Source: Eledone cirrhosa (taxonomy: Eukaryota). Taken from it: DNA of 64,000 nt. Of the stretch, positions 29,067 through 43,760 are shown in pieces (within the stretch, counting starts at the first letter, position 1; each line of letters opens with the position of its first letter). The stretch spans positions 293,818,001-293,882,000 of the forward strand of contig OZ024743.1 of NCBI GenBank assembly GCA_964016885.1, written 5' to 3'. A program made the translations under genes and the position numbers. The notes beneath the pieces are model-generated. The model made no database searches. It saw only the letters and a list, made by a program, of their open reading frames with translations, and was not told the origin of the DNA.

Positions 29067-29072
<6 letters not shown>
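27250..29072 (-). mobile_element. 5'-truncated Penelope-like element (Nematis-type Cys linker) with inverted pLTR
   Basis: GIY-YIG ORF 28053-28544; ~112-bp inverted repeat 27394-27506 / 28960-29072; (TA)n flanks. Confidence 0.85.
28053..28850 (-). pseudogene. PLE GIY-YIG endonuclease (C-terminal ORF remnant)
   Basis: CNCHLPERCPLQNECLKSNIVYQCTV...WYYIGST...FKSRWYRH...LKWDIL...CRLCNLQ; upstream KYIWYNP and KHFPSSHKYSKILN motifs with a frameshift. Confidence 0.85.
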
Positions 29073-29097
<25 letters not shown>

Positions 29098-29160
29098 GTA
29101 TATATATATGTATGTAATATATGTATATATATATGTATATATATATATGTAATATATGTA

Positions 29161-29217
<57 letters not shown>

Positions 29218-29329
29218 CTTATTTATTAAGAATATGTCTCTCTTGATGCGCTAAAAATATAACTATTCTTCGTATCCCGAAATGATATACTCCAAACTAT
29301 ATTATTGTATTCAACTATGTAACACAAAG

Positions 29330-30990
29330 AAAAATAGGCGAAACAAATTTATTCCGTTTTATCGCCCTGGCCGGATACAAATAGCTGCTCATAACTAAAT
29401 TATTTGGCATATTGGAAAAAAATTCCTCCAAACCATAAAGAAAAACTGATTGAAACTATATTTTTTCTTCACATCAAATGTAACATATTTTTTGGCATTC
29501 AATAAACAAAGGGACATTTTAAAATACAAAACTGAACATCAAATTCTCGTAGATTATAATATGAAATCTAACCCTCCGATAATATAGAATAATGAGTTTA
29601 ATAGCTATAATGATACTAATATTAATGGTCATATTAATGATGCTGATAACACTCTTCGGCGCTCTAGTATAAATACTATATCTAACTAAAATAATGTATT
29701 AAACATATTTCGAAATAAGATCACTCTAATATCTAATAGTAATTGTAGGGCCCCATACTCTTTCCCACTGAAGGGCAATTGTCTTAGAAACAATGTTATA
29801 CAAGTGTGAAGGCCCAACATCTAAAAACACTTGAAATTACACAGGAGCAGCAGAAAAAAATCTCTTTAAAACCCGTTTTTATTCATATTTACATTCTTTT
29901 AAGAATAAAACATTAAACAAATTCTACTTCCTTTGTTGAATTAATCTCGTCTTTAAAAAGCAATAGCATAAGATATTCTCTTAGTTGCGAGATTATTTAT
30001 TCTGCAAAAGCTAATGGTGGGGCGTAGAACTAAATGCAATCTTTCTCTGAACGATGTGCTAGAAATAATTATTTCAAAAATTATCCATCCTAATTATAAA
30101 AATGAAATAATTCCTTCCTGTCTACATAGAACATTTCATTCTTTCTTTTACAAAAACATTGATCAGGATTAAGGATACTCATGACGCCACGGTTTAAGTA
30201 TTTCTCTTAACACTTAGACAATTTGTATCATATAACATTTTATACCCTACCTTTATGTTAAACTATCTTGAAAAAAATCATATCTATTATCCCTCTTTTT
30301 TGACTACTAATTTTTTATGAAACTTAGTTTTTAATTCACACGCACACATTCAAAATGTTTTTCCTTTTGTTCTCCTATTTATGATATAATTGTAATCCCA
30401 CCTATGATATCCTCAGCCTTATTTTCTGTACTTATATGATTTAGTCTGTGAATTCTCTTAATCACTTAACATTTATTCTAATTATAGATACATTCTCTAT
30501 TGGTTTATACTTCCATAAACAATATTTTAACGATATTTTAGAATATTATAAACATTATATTTCATAACTTCACTGACAGGGTGATAATAGACGTCCCATG
30601 GGTATAAATGTCTATTAGTGTAATCTAGCTCTATTTTAGTGCATGTTATCCTTTTTATTACAATATATTAGAGTTAACGAAATATCTATAGTGACTGAAC
30701 ATAAATATTTTATTATTTACACAATTTAATTACTATTTTAGGCTTCCATAATGTTAACATTTTCCTTACAAGTTTTATCATATACAAAAGCGAGACAAAG
30801 CGAAAACGTAAATAACGTTTGAATATATTAAAGTAAATATTATAAGTATATAATTGATTCTGATGAGTTATTCTTACAAGAGTGAACCCTTCGTTATCGC
30901 TAGTCTGGCGAAATGTTGGTAAATCTATTAAATGTTTCATTAGTAATCCTTGTCTAAACTTTCATTTTTTGAAATAGATATATGTGCACT
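29330..30990 (+). mobile_element. Highly degenerate PLE (GIY-YIG remnant ~29741-30130, 3' HHR at 30856-30925)
   Basis: Manual translation NCRAPYSFPLKGNCLRNNV / YTGAAEKNLFKTRFYSYLHSFKNK / KCNLSL / NEIIPSCLHR parallels the 28053 ORF. GAUU-CUGAUGA...GAAA..GUA-AAUC lies downstream. Confidence 0.65.
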
Positions 30991-31072
30991 GTGAAATTAC
31001 AGTACTGTTGTGATTGGAATTTTACTTATTGTATTCAACTTTGGACTGTTTATTACTTATCTTATTTTGGAA

Positions 31073-32427
31073 TAGTGTATGCATTTTTTTCATTTGATGA
31101 TGGATGGATTTTGTTTTGTCAACATTAAAAAAGAGTCCATCGGACGGGGAATTAGCCTCCACTTTGTATAACACGTCCTCATCTTCTTTGCTGCTGTTTT
31201 CTAGGAGAGCTATGTCATCTGCGAAAGTCAATTCAGGTAGAACTTCCACTTCATGTTCGGTACTCTGTTGACCTTTCAGCATCATCCTGTCTTTGGGTGC
31301 AATGGCATTACGCAGTGCATAATCATGGTCGATTACAAAAAAGAAAGGGACCAGAGTATCTTCCCGAAAGACTCCTGTCTGAGTTTCTTTCGGGAGTTAT
31401 TATAAGTGCTGAAATATTCTCATATAAGACATAAAGTGTATTCACGTTCTGATGAGGTGTCCCATACGCAGGAAGAATGTTAAACATCTTCGATCGAATC
31501 AAAAGTCTTCATGAAATCTATGAATACAATTACTGTTTCCTTCTTGTGATTCCGTACTTCCTCAACAATCGTTCTTAGTGCCAAGATGTGTGAGGTAGTA
31601 GAGCGAAATAACCGAAATCCATTTTGGCTGGAACGTAGAACGTTGTCGATACTTGGTCTGATTCTATTCAGGATCATCATATTGTAAATCCTTGCTGCAA
31701 TTTATGTAATACTGATACCTCTATAGTTGGGGCAGATGGTAAGGTTACCTGCCTTGAGTATTGCCAATATTCCTGATATTCCCCATTCTTGCGATCTGCA
31801 AAGGTTTCGATGCATAAATCTCTTAGAAACTAGCGAACTTTGGTTAGTCTCCATAGGTCTAAGATTAGGGCATCAAGCTTTGCTTGGTTTCATTACCTTT
31901 TGTGCATTGTCCATTTCCATAGAGAATTCAGCGATACATTTGTTTGGATGGATTTCAAATACTGGGTCAATCGCTAGGTCTGGCTTACAATGCTTATCAT
32001 CTGATAGGTGTTTGTGAAAATTCTCCCTCCAAGTCACACGTTGTTTGCTCCCTTAGCTATACACACCAACTCCTTCCTCTTCTTCTTACCAGAAAGTTCT
32101 TTTATCAATCCCCAATCTTCTCTGGATGTGTTGTTAGTGTTTCCAAAATCAGCCAGCGTTTGGCTGATTCTTTCATCTTCCAGATGGTCGAAAGTATAGT
32201 GCTGAATTCTCCGGTAATGCCGTACATCTGAAACTGTAGATTTGAAGGTGTCATTTCAGGCTGTTGCCACCTATACTCTTTCTGCAGTGGGTGTAGCACG
32301 ACGTAGGCATCTTGGTAGGATTTTCTTACATACTACATTATAATTGGCAAGGATTAAAATTTATCGGCAATTGAGTCTTCAATTGTTTTTACAAGATTGA
32401 CATCTTCCCTTAACGCCCGCAATGCAA
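31073..32427 (-). mobile_element. RTE-clade LINE, inverted 5' segment (RT domain, degenerate)
   Basis: MILNRIRPSIDNVLRSSQNGFR...HILALRTIVEE...FIDFMKTFDSI; LTFADDIALL; GLFFNVDKTK. Confidence 0.85.
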
Positions 32428-33030
32428 CATCCAATGAGCAAATGCATGCGCTAGACGGTTCGGAGATTGAAGAAATGGATGACATTTTATACCATGACAA
32501 TTCCATGAACACATAGCACAATATGGATAGTAGAATAGACAAAGCATATCTGGCTTTCAACTCCCTATAGAATGTGTATCTCGGATCAAGAAAACAACTA
32601 AAAGGAGGCCATTCAAAGCAATGTTTGAGTTAATTATCCTCCACGGATGTGAGTCATGGACATTAACAATATCACTCGCGAAGAGGATTAATGGCACATT
32701 CACGCAATTGATGAGAACGATCCAGAGCATCTCTTGGAAAACACAAGTGGCAAATAAATTTCACATCGGTTAAGTACTTGCATTTCTGACATCATTGGCG
32801 TTAGAGACTCGCATTAGCCGGGCAAGTGAAACGGCACAATGAAAATGGAGGCAGAATTCTTTTCTGGAAACCTGATGTAGGGTGACGTGTTAAAAGACCA
32901 ACTTTCATACTAAAGAATGTTCATCAAGAAGATACCAGGCTAGAGGCAGGGGAACTTGAGATAGCAATATTGGACAGGGTGATCTGGAGGGGGAACTTCG
33001 TCATGGCACCAGATTGGGGACTATAAAATA
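32428..33030 (+). mobile_element. RTE-clade LINE, 3' segment (same element, opposite orientation)
   Basis: Manual translation SNEQMHALDGSEIEEMDDILY...RIDKAYLAFNSL / ILHGCESWTLT..LAKRINGTFTQLMRTIQSISWK. Confidence 0.75.
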
Positions 33031-33389
33031 AAATATCCATCGTTAAACTTTCTTAGCTTATATACTGATGTATTATCAAATAAAACAATTCATTATTCGT
33101 CAGCAAACCAAGTTATTCAGAATAGGAACCAGACTGTCTGGGAAAAGGTCAAGAGGTCTGTTCAGATGTAAGAGCTGGCAATTAAATCTATTTATTGCAG
33201 GAGTGTCTGTGGTAAATAAATATTTATTATATATATAAATGTGTGTGTGTTCTTATACACACACATATACAAAATAATAAATCAGTATATGTTTTTAAAA
33301 ATATATCTCGAGACGTGAGTAATGGGATTAAGAAAATATCGTGTATATATATATATATATATACATACACATACATTCAGATGCACGCA

Positions 33390-33509
<120 letters not shown>

Positions 33510-33907
33510 GTGTGTGTGTGTGTGTGTGTGTGTGTCTGATTGTTTCAAAAATATGACTGAGTTCAAGATTGATTAAAAAAAATAAAATTATATTAACTCA
33601 TTATTTCGGAAGGTTTAATTTGTAACAATAGTTTTCCTGATTCAACATATTTTGCACTGACACTATATATTTAACACCGTATCTTAAAATCATTTCTCTG
33701 TTGAGGCCTGTGAGTGTTTTTCAATAATTTCATGTATGCTGTATTCGGTTGTTGAATTTATTTTGTCTGTGCGTTGATATTAGAAAAATCCTCTCCTCGC
33801 GTTATATAAGATTCTATATAAAATTGTCTTGTTACCAACTAATGGTTTTCAAATGTCTTGTATTTATTGTCTAGCGTTATACTTTATAGCGCAGAAATGC
33901 ATATATG

Positions 33908-33939
<32 letters not shown>

Positions 33940-33941
<2 letters not shown>

Positions 33942-34060
33942 GGAACGAGTAGGACCCCGACGGCTGAGCTCATGCCGTTTCGACGGCTAATTCTACCCTA
34001 AGTATTGAGTACTTTGGTGCGTTATGGTCCACCTGGTTCCTTACCACATTTCCTTCGTTA
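33940..34060. mobile_element. pLTR-like fragment with the 3' half of an HHR, partly inverted versus 17895-18033
   Basis: Minus strand GAAA-CGGC-AUGAGCUCA-GCCG-UC; CUGANGA half absent. Confidence 0.55.
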
Positions 34061-34091
34061 TATATATATATATATATATGCTTACATATAG

Positions 34092-34305
<214 letters not shown>

Positions 34306-34689
34306 ATATATAAATATAACATAATACATACAGTGAATATATAAGATGCATTTTTGTGGAGGAGTGTTTTGTGGGAGACCATAATATAATTAACAGGGGT
34401 TGAACTCTAACTATCTACGATATTGAATTCCTTTAACCGAGTTGAAAGTACGAGGCACATTTCTTGTGTGGATTGGCGAATGAATCAATTATAGTTTATT
34501 ATGGGATGTAAGTATGATTTCTCTTCACAACTATGAGGGCTTGGATACAAGAATGTCGTCTTTGGCAAATAACTTTACCAATATCTCGAATTATCCCAAG
34601 AACTAGGGGTGAAATTGGATAGAGGATTGTACCTATAATTAGATAGATGGATTGTATCTATAATTCAAAGCTGGAGACTTGTTATATAT

Positions 34690-34812
34690 TACATAATTGT
34701 TTCTACTTTAGGCACAAGGCCAGCAATTACCCAGTGCATTACTGGTACTTTATTTTATCGACCCCGTAAAGATGAAAGGCAAAGTCAACCTCGGTGGGAA
34801 TTGAACTCAGAT
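34690..34812 (-). mobile_element. tRNA-derived SINE fragment
   Basis: Reverse complement of the 12810-13025 family (TTTATTTTATCGACCCCG..AAGATGAAAGGCAAAGTCAACCTCGG..TTGAACTCAG). Confidence 0.75.
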
Positions 34813-35449
34813 CGTTATATATATATATTGTTATATATTACATAATGCTGATGATTCGTCTTTGGAATACTTTTATTGTACATGGGTCCTTGGAATACCA
34901 ATCCTCTTGTGTTAATTCAGATGTTGGATGTGCAGTTGATCAGATAACCAAATGTTCATCGTCGAAATCAACGGAGACTCCTCCATTATTATTGAATGTA
35001 ATTTTATAGACGCCAGCTTCCAGAAATATATAAAACTAAATTTGACACATAACATAAAGAGGGGAAAGAAAAACATATCACTCTAATCTATTTTAATCCA
35101 GTGCCCTACAGTTTTTGACAACTCAATATTTTTTAACCCTATCTTTATTGATTACACACGTAAGATAGCTCCAGGCCTTTCAGGTTTATAGATGTGGAGA
35201 ATTATTCTAATTCTAAATTTAAGAGAGAGTGTGAAAATGGTTGTTTGGTTGCTTAATGTGAGAGAGAAGTTTTTATAAGAACCGGTTTATCATTTAGTTT
35301 TGTTAACTACTCTGTTATTGTTCCTCTGTATGTGTGTTTTATTGTTTACTATGTTTCATTTCTCTTTTAGAAATATCTGCCAGCAACCATGATTGGTTAA
35401 TTGCAGGCAAATAACAATGCTTTGAATGTACGGAGTACACGCACTAAAC

Positions 35450-37448
<1,999 letters not shown>

Positions 37449-37454
<6 letters not shown>

Positions 37455-38706
37455 AAAAACATGAGAAAAAAGAGGAATACTGCGTGGTTGCACATGGGTT
37501 ACATATTATAAAATTAGTCCCTCGTCAGTGATTTGCCAACCATCATTGGTATTTCATCGCATTAAAAATCATATACCTCAGGTTGGTGCGAGCAATAACT
37601 AAAAAAAGCTATTGGGACAAGTGAATCGCGTAAAGCGAGAGAGACAAGTAAACAAAATGGAAGGATAAAAGCAAACCGAAGATAGGAAAAAAACAAGCAA
37701 CATGGTTATCCGGTCAGCATAAGCTGGGTGAATTTCATGAGCGATCAAAATACAGACCGTCCGACGTGAGCGAGATGTGAGCAAGAAAGGACCCCACTAT
37801 TTACCAAACGGGAGGAAGTGAGAAGGGGAGAAACCGAGTGAGTGAGTGGAAGTGCGAGGAAGAGGTCAGTCGAGAGAGAGTGTAACTGACAGAGGGGGCG
37901 AAAGAAGGTGAGAGAAACAGAGAGAACGGGGGAGCAGTAAGAGAGAAAGAGACAAACAGACAAACGAGCCGAGGTAAATATGTATAAAAAACATGAGAAG
38001 AAAGAGGAATACTGCGTGGTTTCACATGGGTTACATATTATAAAATTAGTCCCTCGTCAGTGATTTTCTAACCATCATTGGTATTTCATCGCATTAAAAA
38101 TCATATACCTCAGGTTGGTGCGAGCAATAACTAAAAAAATATATTGGGACAAGTGAATCGCGTAAAGCGAGTAAGACAAGTAAACAACATAGAAGGATAA
38201 AAGCAAACCGAAGATAAGAAAAAAACAAGCAACACGGTTATCAGGTCAGCATAAACTGGGTGAATTTCATGAGCGATCAAAATACAGACCGTCCGACGTG
38301 AGCGAGATGTGAGCAAGAAAGGACCCCGCTATTAACCAAACGGGAGGAAGTGAGAAGGAGAGAAACAGAGAGTGAATGAGTGGAAGTGCGAGGAAGAGGT
38401 CAGTCGAGAGAAAGTGTAACTGACAGAGGGGGCGAAAGAAGGTGAGAGAAACAGAGAGAACGGGGGAGCAGTAAGAGAGAAACAGACGAACGCAGCCGAG
38501 GTAAATATGTATAAAAAACATGAGAAGAAAGAGGAATACTGCGTGGTTGCACATGGGTGACATATTATAAAATTGGTCCGTCGTCAGTGATTTGCCAACC
38601 ATCAATGGTATCATTTCATCGCATTAAAAATCATATACGAGAGAACGGGGGAGCAGTCAGAGAGAAAGAGACAAACAGACAAACGCAGCCGAGGTAAATA
38701 TGTATA
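37449..38706. repeat. Tandem repeat, ~530-bp unit x ~2.3, with degenerate HHR-like cores on the minus strand
   Basis: Units start ~37449, ~37980 and ~38507. Minus strand CUGACGA...G(A/C)AACCACGCAGUA in each unit; stem I weak. Confidence 0.85.
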
Positions 38707-38784
38707 ATATGTATATATACACATACAAATATACTAAAACGTACATATATATATATACTTACACATCTTAATACATACATATAC

Positions 38785-38830
<46 letters not shown>

Positions 38831-38913
38831 GTATATGTATGTATTAATATGTGTATGTATATGTATATATGTACGTATTTATATATTTGTATGTGTATAT
38901 ATACATATACACA

Positions 38914-38957
<44 letters not shown>

Positions 38958-38958
<1 letters not shown>

Positions 38959-39145
38959 GTTATTCCGGGTTGAATCGGAGGTAACCACAGTAAGTAAGGT
39001 ACTCAATACATAGCAGAGTATAACAGTTTTAATATAGATGAGATTCTACAGGACTAGAACTGTTTCATTCTTTAGAAATCATCAGGACAACAGGATTCCT
39101 GATGATTTCTAATGAATGAAACAGTTCTAGTCCTGTAGAATCTCA

Positions 39146-39152
<7 letters not shown>
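38958..39152. mobile_element. Fold-back pLTR remnant: ~120-bp hairpin with HHR arms
   Basis: Inverted repeat across 39032-39152 with a ~74-bp unpaired tail on the left; (TA)n flanks. Confidence 0.8.
39094..39142 (+). ncRNA. Type I hammerhead ribozyme
   Basis: GAUUC-CUGAUGA-UUUCUAAUGAAU-GAAA-CAG-UUCUAGUC-CUG-UA-GAAUC. Stem I 5 bp perfect, stem III 4 bp, GUA site, short stem II closed by U-U. Confidence 0.75.
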
Positions 39153-39216
<64 letters not shown>

Positions 39217-39402
39217 GTATATGTATATATGCATATATATATATGTATGTGTGTATAATATGTATATATATATATGTATATATATATATATGTATATATA
39301 TATATACATATATATATATGTATATATTTATGTATATATTTATGTATATATATATATATAATAAATAACAAAGAACGCCTATAGCATATGCATATCTTTA
39401 CT

Positions 39403-39448
39403 TGCTAACATTGTTTCATCCGCACTATAAGTGGGACTCATCAGAGCA
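39403..39448 (-). ncRNA. Type I hammerhead ribozyme in the putative PLE 3' pLTR
   Basis: UGCU-CUGAUGA-GUCCCACUUAUAGUGCGGAU-GAAA-CAAUG-UU-AGCA. Confidence 0.8.
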
Positions 39449-40094
39449 TAAAGGTTAATTACATACCATACAAGCAATAACAAATCCAAGACATTGAAGA
39501 ATGAAAAATAATAATAGACGATAAAGGATATTAAGGAAGTAAAAGTAAAAATAAAAATAGGAATAAAAATAAAAATAAAAATAAAAATAAAAATAAGATA
39601 ATAAAATAAACAATGAAAAATAAGGGGTGCTATCAGTCACAGTTGGGCGGGGTGCTGTCAACATATAGTTACATACAAGCATACACATGGATAAGAGGAC
39701 AGACAAGAGTAGATAAGATAGATAGGATTAGGTAAGAGTAGGTAAAAAATAGGTGAAAAACAGACTTATAATATATATAAGAAAATATAAAGAAATACAT
39801 AACAAACTTACATATAAAATATAAAATATACAGATAATAGTGATACAGGGTAAGGAATGAGATAAAATAATATAAAATTAAAATTAAAATTATATAAAAT
39901 AGAACATAATATAATATAATCATAAAATAAGATAAAATAAGATAAAATAAGGTAAACTAAAATAAAATAAAATAGACTAAATTAAAATAATATAATATAA
40001 GATATAATTAAATGTAATTAAATTAAATAAATGAATAAATAAATAAATAAAATTAAATAAATAAATAAAATTAAAATTAAAATTAAAATTAAAT

Positions 40095-40130
<36 letters not shown>

Positions 40131-40131
40131 G

Positions 40132-40162
<31 letters not shown>

Positions 40163-40278
40163 ATGAATAAATAAATAAATGGAATTAAATAAGTAAATAA
40201 ATAAAATTAGATAACATGAAATGAAATAAAATAAAATAAAATAAAATGAAATAAAGTAAATTGAGATAAGATATATAT

Positions 40279-40439
40279 TTTTTTAGAATATATCTCTTGA
40301 ATATATCAGGGGCCCACGAAGGCACTAAGTGTCACAGTTATGTGTATCACTTGACCATTTTTTAAAAATATATTTCTTGAAAATATCAGGGGCCCACGAA
40401 GGCACTAAGTGTCACAGTCACCAGTATCACTTGACCATT
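40279..40439. repeat. 80-bp tandem duplication
   Basis: GGCACTAAGTGTCACAGT at 40321 and 40401. Confidence 0.9.
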
Positions 40440-41394
40440 GCAAGGCAATGGAGGCGTCCCAGGTTGGGCAGTCACAAAAGTTCACTCGAAAGTCGCGGGT
40501 GTGCATTCACACAGTTGAGCGGTGGGGTAATCACAAACCGGTTCACACCCGGGCAGGAGTCCAATGGTCAGAGAGAGGTGCATCGAAGGAAGGTAGGAGA
40601 ATTCACGTGCATTAGCAAGCGAAGTGCAGGCGGGTTAGCCAAAGCAAGCAGACACAGTTGGAGCGCATACAAAAGATATATAAAAAGACAGAAGATATAT
40701 AAAAAATAGCTTCAAGAGCCATGAAGTCACCGCATTGGGACATCACAAGATTGTACACATCAATATGTTCAGCCCGTATATGCACATATACACACCACAT
40801 GCATATGCAGAGACGGTATACATATATATATATATATTTTTTTATATACAGACATATACAACCACCTACACCCATACACATATAAATGTATACACGGACA
40901 CACACGCACACACACACAGCGTAGGACACCCGGGTCAAAGCTGATATTAAACACAGAAATACCACATTAGGCCAGACCCACCACCACGGATAATACATTC
41001 AAAATAAATACATACGATGAGATGTAGTAAAATAAAGTTGAAATCCTACGGAGATAATCGTGTCCGCACGTGCCATTGCCCGATTCAAGTGTACACAGAC
41101 CGTTAGTAACTACGGAGGGCTATCGGGGCCAAAACGTTACTTTCGGGATCATAACAACGACCGTCAATATATGGAAGGCCGATCGTGCTAGAAAGACTAC
41201 AACCCCGGGCAAGAGCTCCCAGAAGTCAGCCTGTAGATCTTAAACCAGTATTTTTTCCCCCCTGGTAAAATGGTGTACATTATTCGATTTTTTCAGTAAA
41301 ATCGGTTCTCTTAATAGAACATCAACAATCTTAACAATAAAAGGTGTGAAATGATATTCACTATATATATATATATATACATACATATATTCAC

Positions 41395-41428
<34 letters not shown>

Positions 41429-41546
41429 TTTGTTTGTGTTGCACCATAGAGCATGTGTGTTTACGTATGTCATTGTGTTTATATGTGGGTAGAGATGTGT
41501 GCTGATGTAGGTATGTATGTTGACGTGTGTATGTTGTGGGTTCGTC

Positions 41547-43760
41547 TTAGGGAGAAGTGTTTAGACGGGGTCCGTATTTGTTAATGAAGTAAGATTCCTT
41601 GCTAATGCGCTGGGTGTGGGTGGCATTATCTTTAAATTTGTAGAGGGGAAAGATTATGAAGTTGGGATGATTTTGGGCGGCACAGGTATCAATGTGTTCA
41701 CTCAGTGGTATTTTCCTGTATTCCCGTATTTGGGATCTATGGACAGTCATGCGTTGGCGGAGGCTGTTTTTGGTCTGGCCTATGTATTGTTCTCGACAAC
41801 CTGAGCAAGTTAATACATATATTAGATTTTCCGATGCACATGTGAAATTGTGTTTTACTATAAAACGTTGTCCTTCTTTGAAATAGAATTCCGAACCCTC
41901 TATTAGGTTGATGCAAATGCCACAGTTGGGTCTATCGCATTTTTTTACTGTGGGTTTCGTTGTTGTGGTTGGCAGTACTTTGTCATGTGTTAGGATGTTT
42001 TTCATTGACTTGGATTGTCTTTTGCTCTTTATGATATCGTGTGTTCGTAGGATTTGGTTCATTCTATGGTCCTTTTTCAACACAGGGATGTTCTGGAGGA
42101 TGGTTTCAAAGGCCTCATTGTTGAGGGGCTTGTGTGTGGAGATGTATGGAAGAGCTTTTAGTTTCGGTTGATTTACTTTAGGGTGTCTGGATTCCATTGT
42201 CAATTAGTGATGCAGGGTAGTCCCTGCCTATGAGTGTGTCCTTTAGTTCTTGTAGCCGCAAGTAGCAGGTGTTTTTATTGGAGACTATAATACAGATTCT
42301 CTTGGCTAAGTTGTAGGGAATATTAATGTTAACGTGTCTAGGGTGGCAAGAGTTGAAAGGGAGATATTGCTTGGTGCCTGTGGGCTTGTAGTATATGTCT
42401 GTTTCTATTTTTTTGTTATGGATCTTAATGAGGATGTCGAGGAAGGGGAGTTGTTGATGGCTGTATTCCATCGTGAAGTTAATATTCGTGTTGAGCCCAT
42501 TTATAAGGGTGTGAAATTCTTTAAGTTTTTCGATGTTTTCGTGCCAAAGGATGAAGCAGTCATCTAGATATCGCTTCCAGTTCCTTTCAATGTGTAAGTG
42601 GAGGGTGTTTCCAATTTTGTTTAGGACTTTAGTGTAGAGGGTGATTTCCAGGTATCCCATGACTAGGTTGGCATAAGTGGGGGCTGTTTTCGTTCCCATA
42701 GCGGTCCCAGATTTCTGCCTTTAGGGTTTGTTATTGAAAACGAAGTAATTGTTCTCCAAGATAAATTTGAGTCCCTCTATCACGAATTCTTTTTTGATGC
42801 GTTGTGGGAGTTCATTGTGGAAATTATCCAGCCAGAATTGGATAGCTTCTATTCCTAGGTTGTGGGGGATGTTGGATTATAGGTTGACTACATCGAACGT
42901 CACTAGTAGGGTTTGTTCAGAAAGTGACATATTAGGGAGGTGATTGAGCATATCTAGGTCGTCCCTTATATAGCTTTTGATGTGTTTGAGAAAGGGTTTG
43001 AGAAGGGTATCAATGAAGTTGCTAAGGCGGTGGGTTTCGCAAGCGGGGCCTGCTATTATAGGTCTTAATTTGAAATCATTGGGTGAGGGGACATTGATGA
43101 CTATGTCTGTGGCTTCCTTGCATGCCTTACTTATTAATTCGCTTTTATGTACTTTAGGGATACCGTAGAAAAGGCTGGATTTACTTGTGAAGTTTGTGAT
43201 GAAGCTGAATTCCTTGTTAGTGAGTTCTTCTTTGTATTGGTTGATTAGAGTTTTTAGGTTTCTCATAATTTTCTGTTGATTGTAGTGTTCAGCCTTTTCG
43301 TAGTATGTTTCGTTTTCCAAAGTGGAGAGCGCTAAGTTGATATAGAATTTTGTCTCCATTAGGACTACTGTACTCCCTTTATCAGCCTCTTTAATTGTAA
43401 TGGTTCTGTCGGTTTTTAATCTACTTAATTCTTCCCATTCTTTCTTGTTGAGGTTTGTCTTGTGTTTTTGTCTGTGCAAGTGTTGGTGAGGGAAGTTTGT
43501 GATGTGTTCACAGAATTCGTCCAGGATTTTATTTCTACCTTTTGAAGGGGTGTAATTGCTTCTATTTCTGGCTAATGATTCATCCTCATTGTACTGGTCG
43601 AATAGTTGTTCACTAAGTCATAACTTTCTACAGAAGTCTGTGATGTCTTCCTTCATTTCATAGTAGTTAGGACGTAGTGGGGTCGGTGTGAATTTAAGAC
43701 CTTTGGAGAGTAAGTTGATAAGGTTGGCTGTTGGTTCTGCACTAGTAAGATTGATCATTT
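41547..43760 (-). pseudogene. PLE reverse transcriptase + GIY-YIG endonuclease (several frameshifts/stops)
   Basis: LLSKGLKFTPTP; IKEADKGSTVV; FYGIPKVHK; LRPIIAG; LVTFDVVNL; MGTKTAPTYANL; WKRYLDDCF; LPFLDI; SCHPRH; CDRPNCGIC; NLIYVLTCSGCREQYIGQT. Confidence 0.95.
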
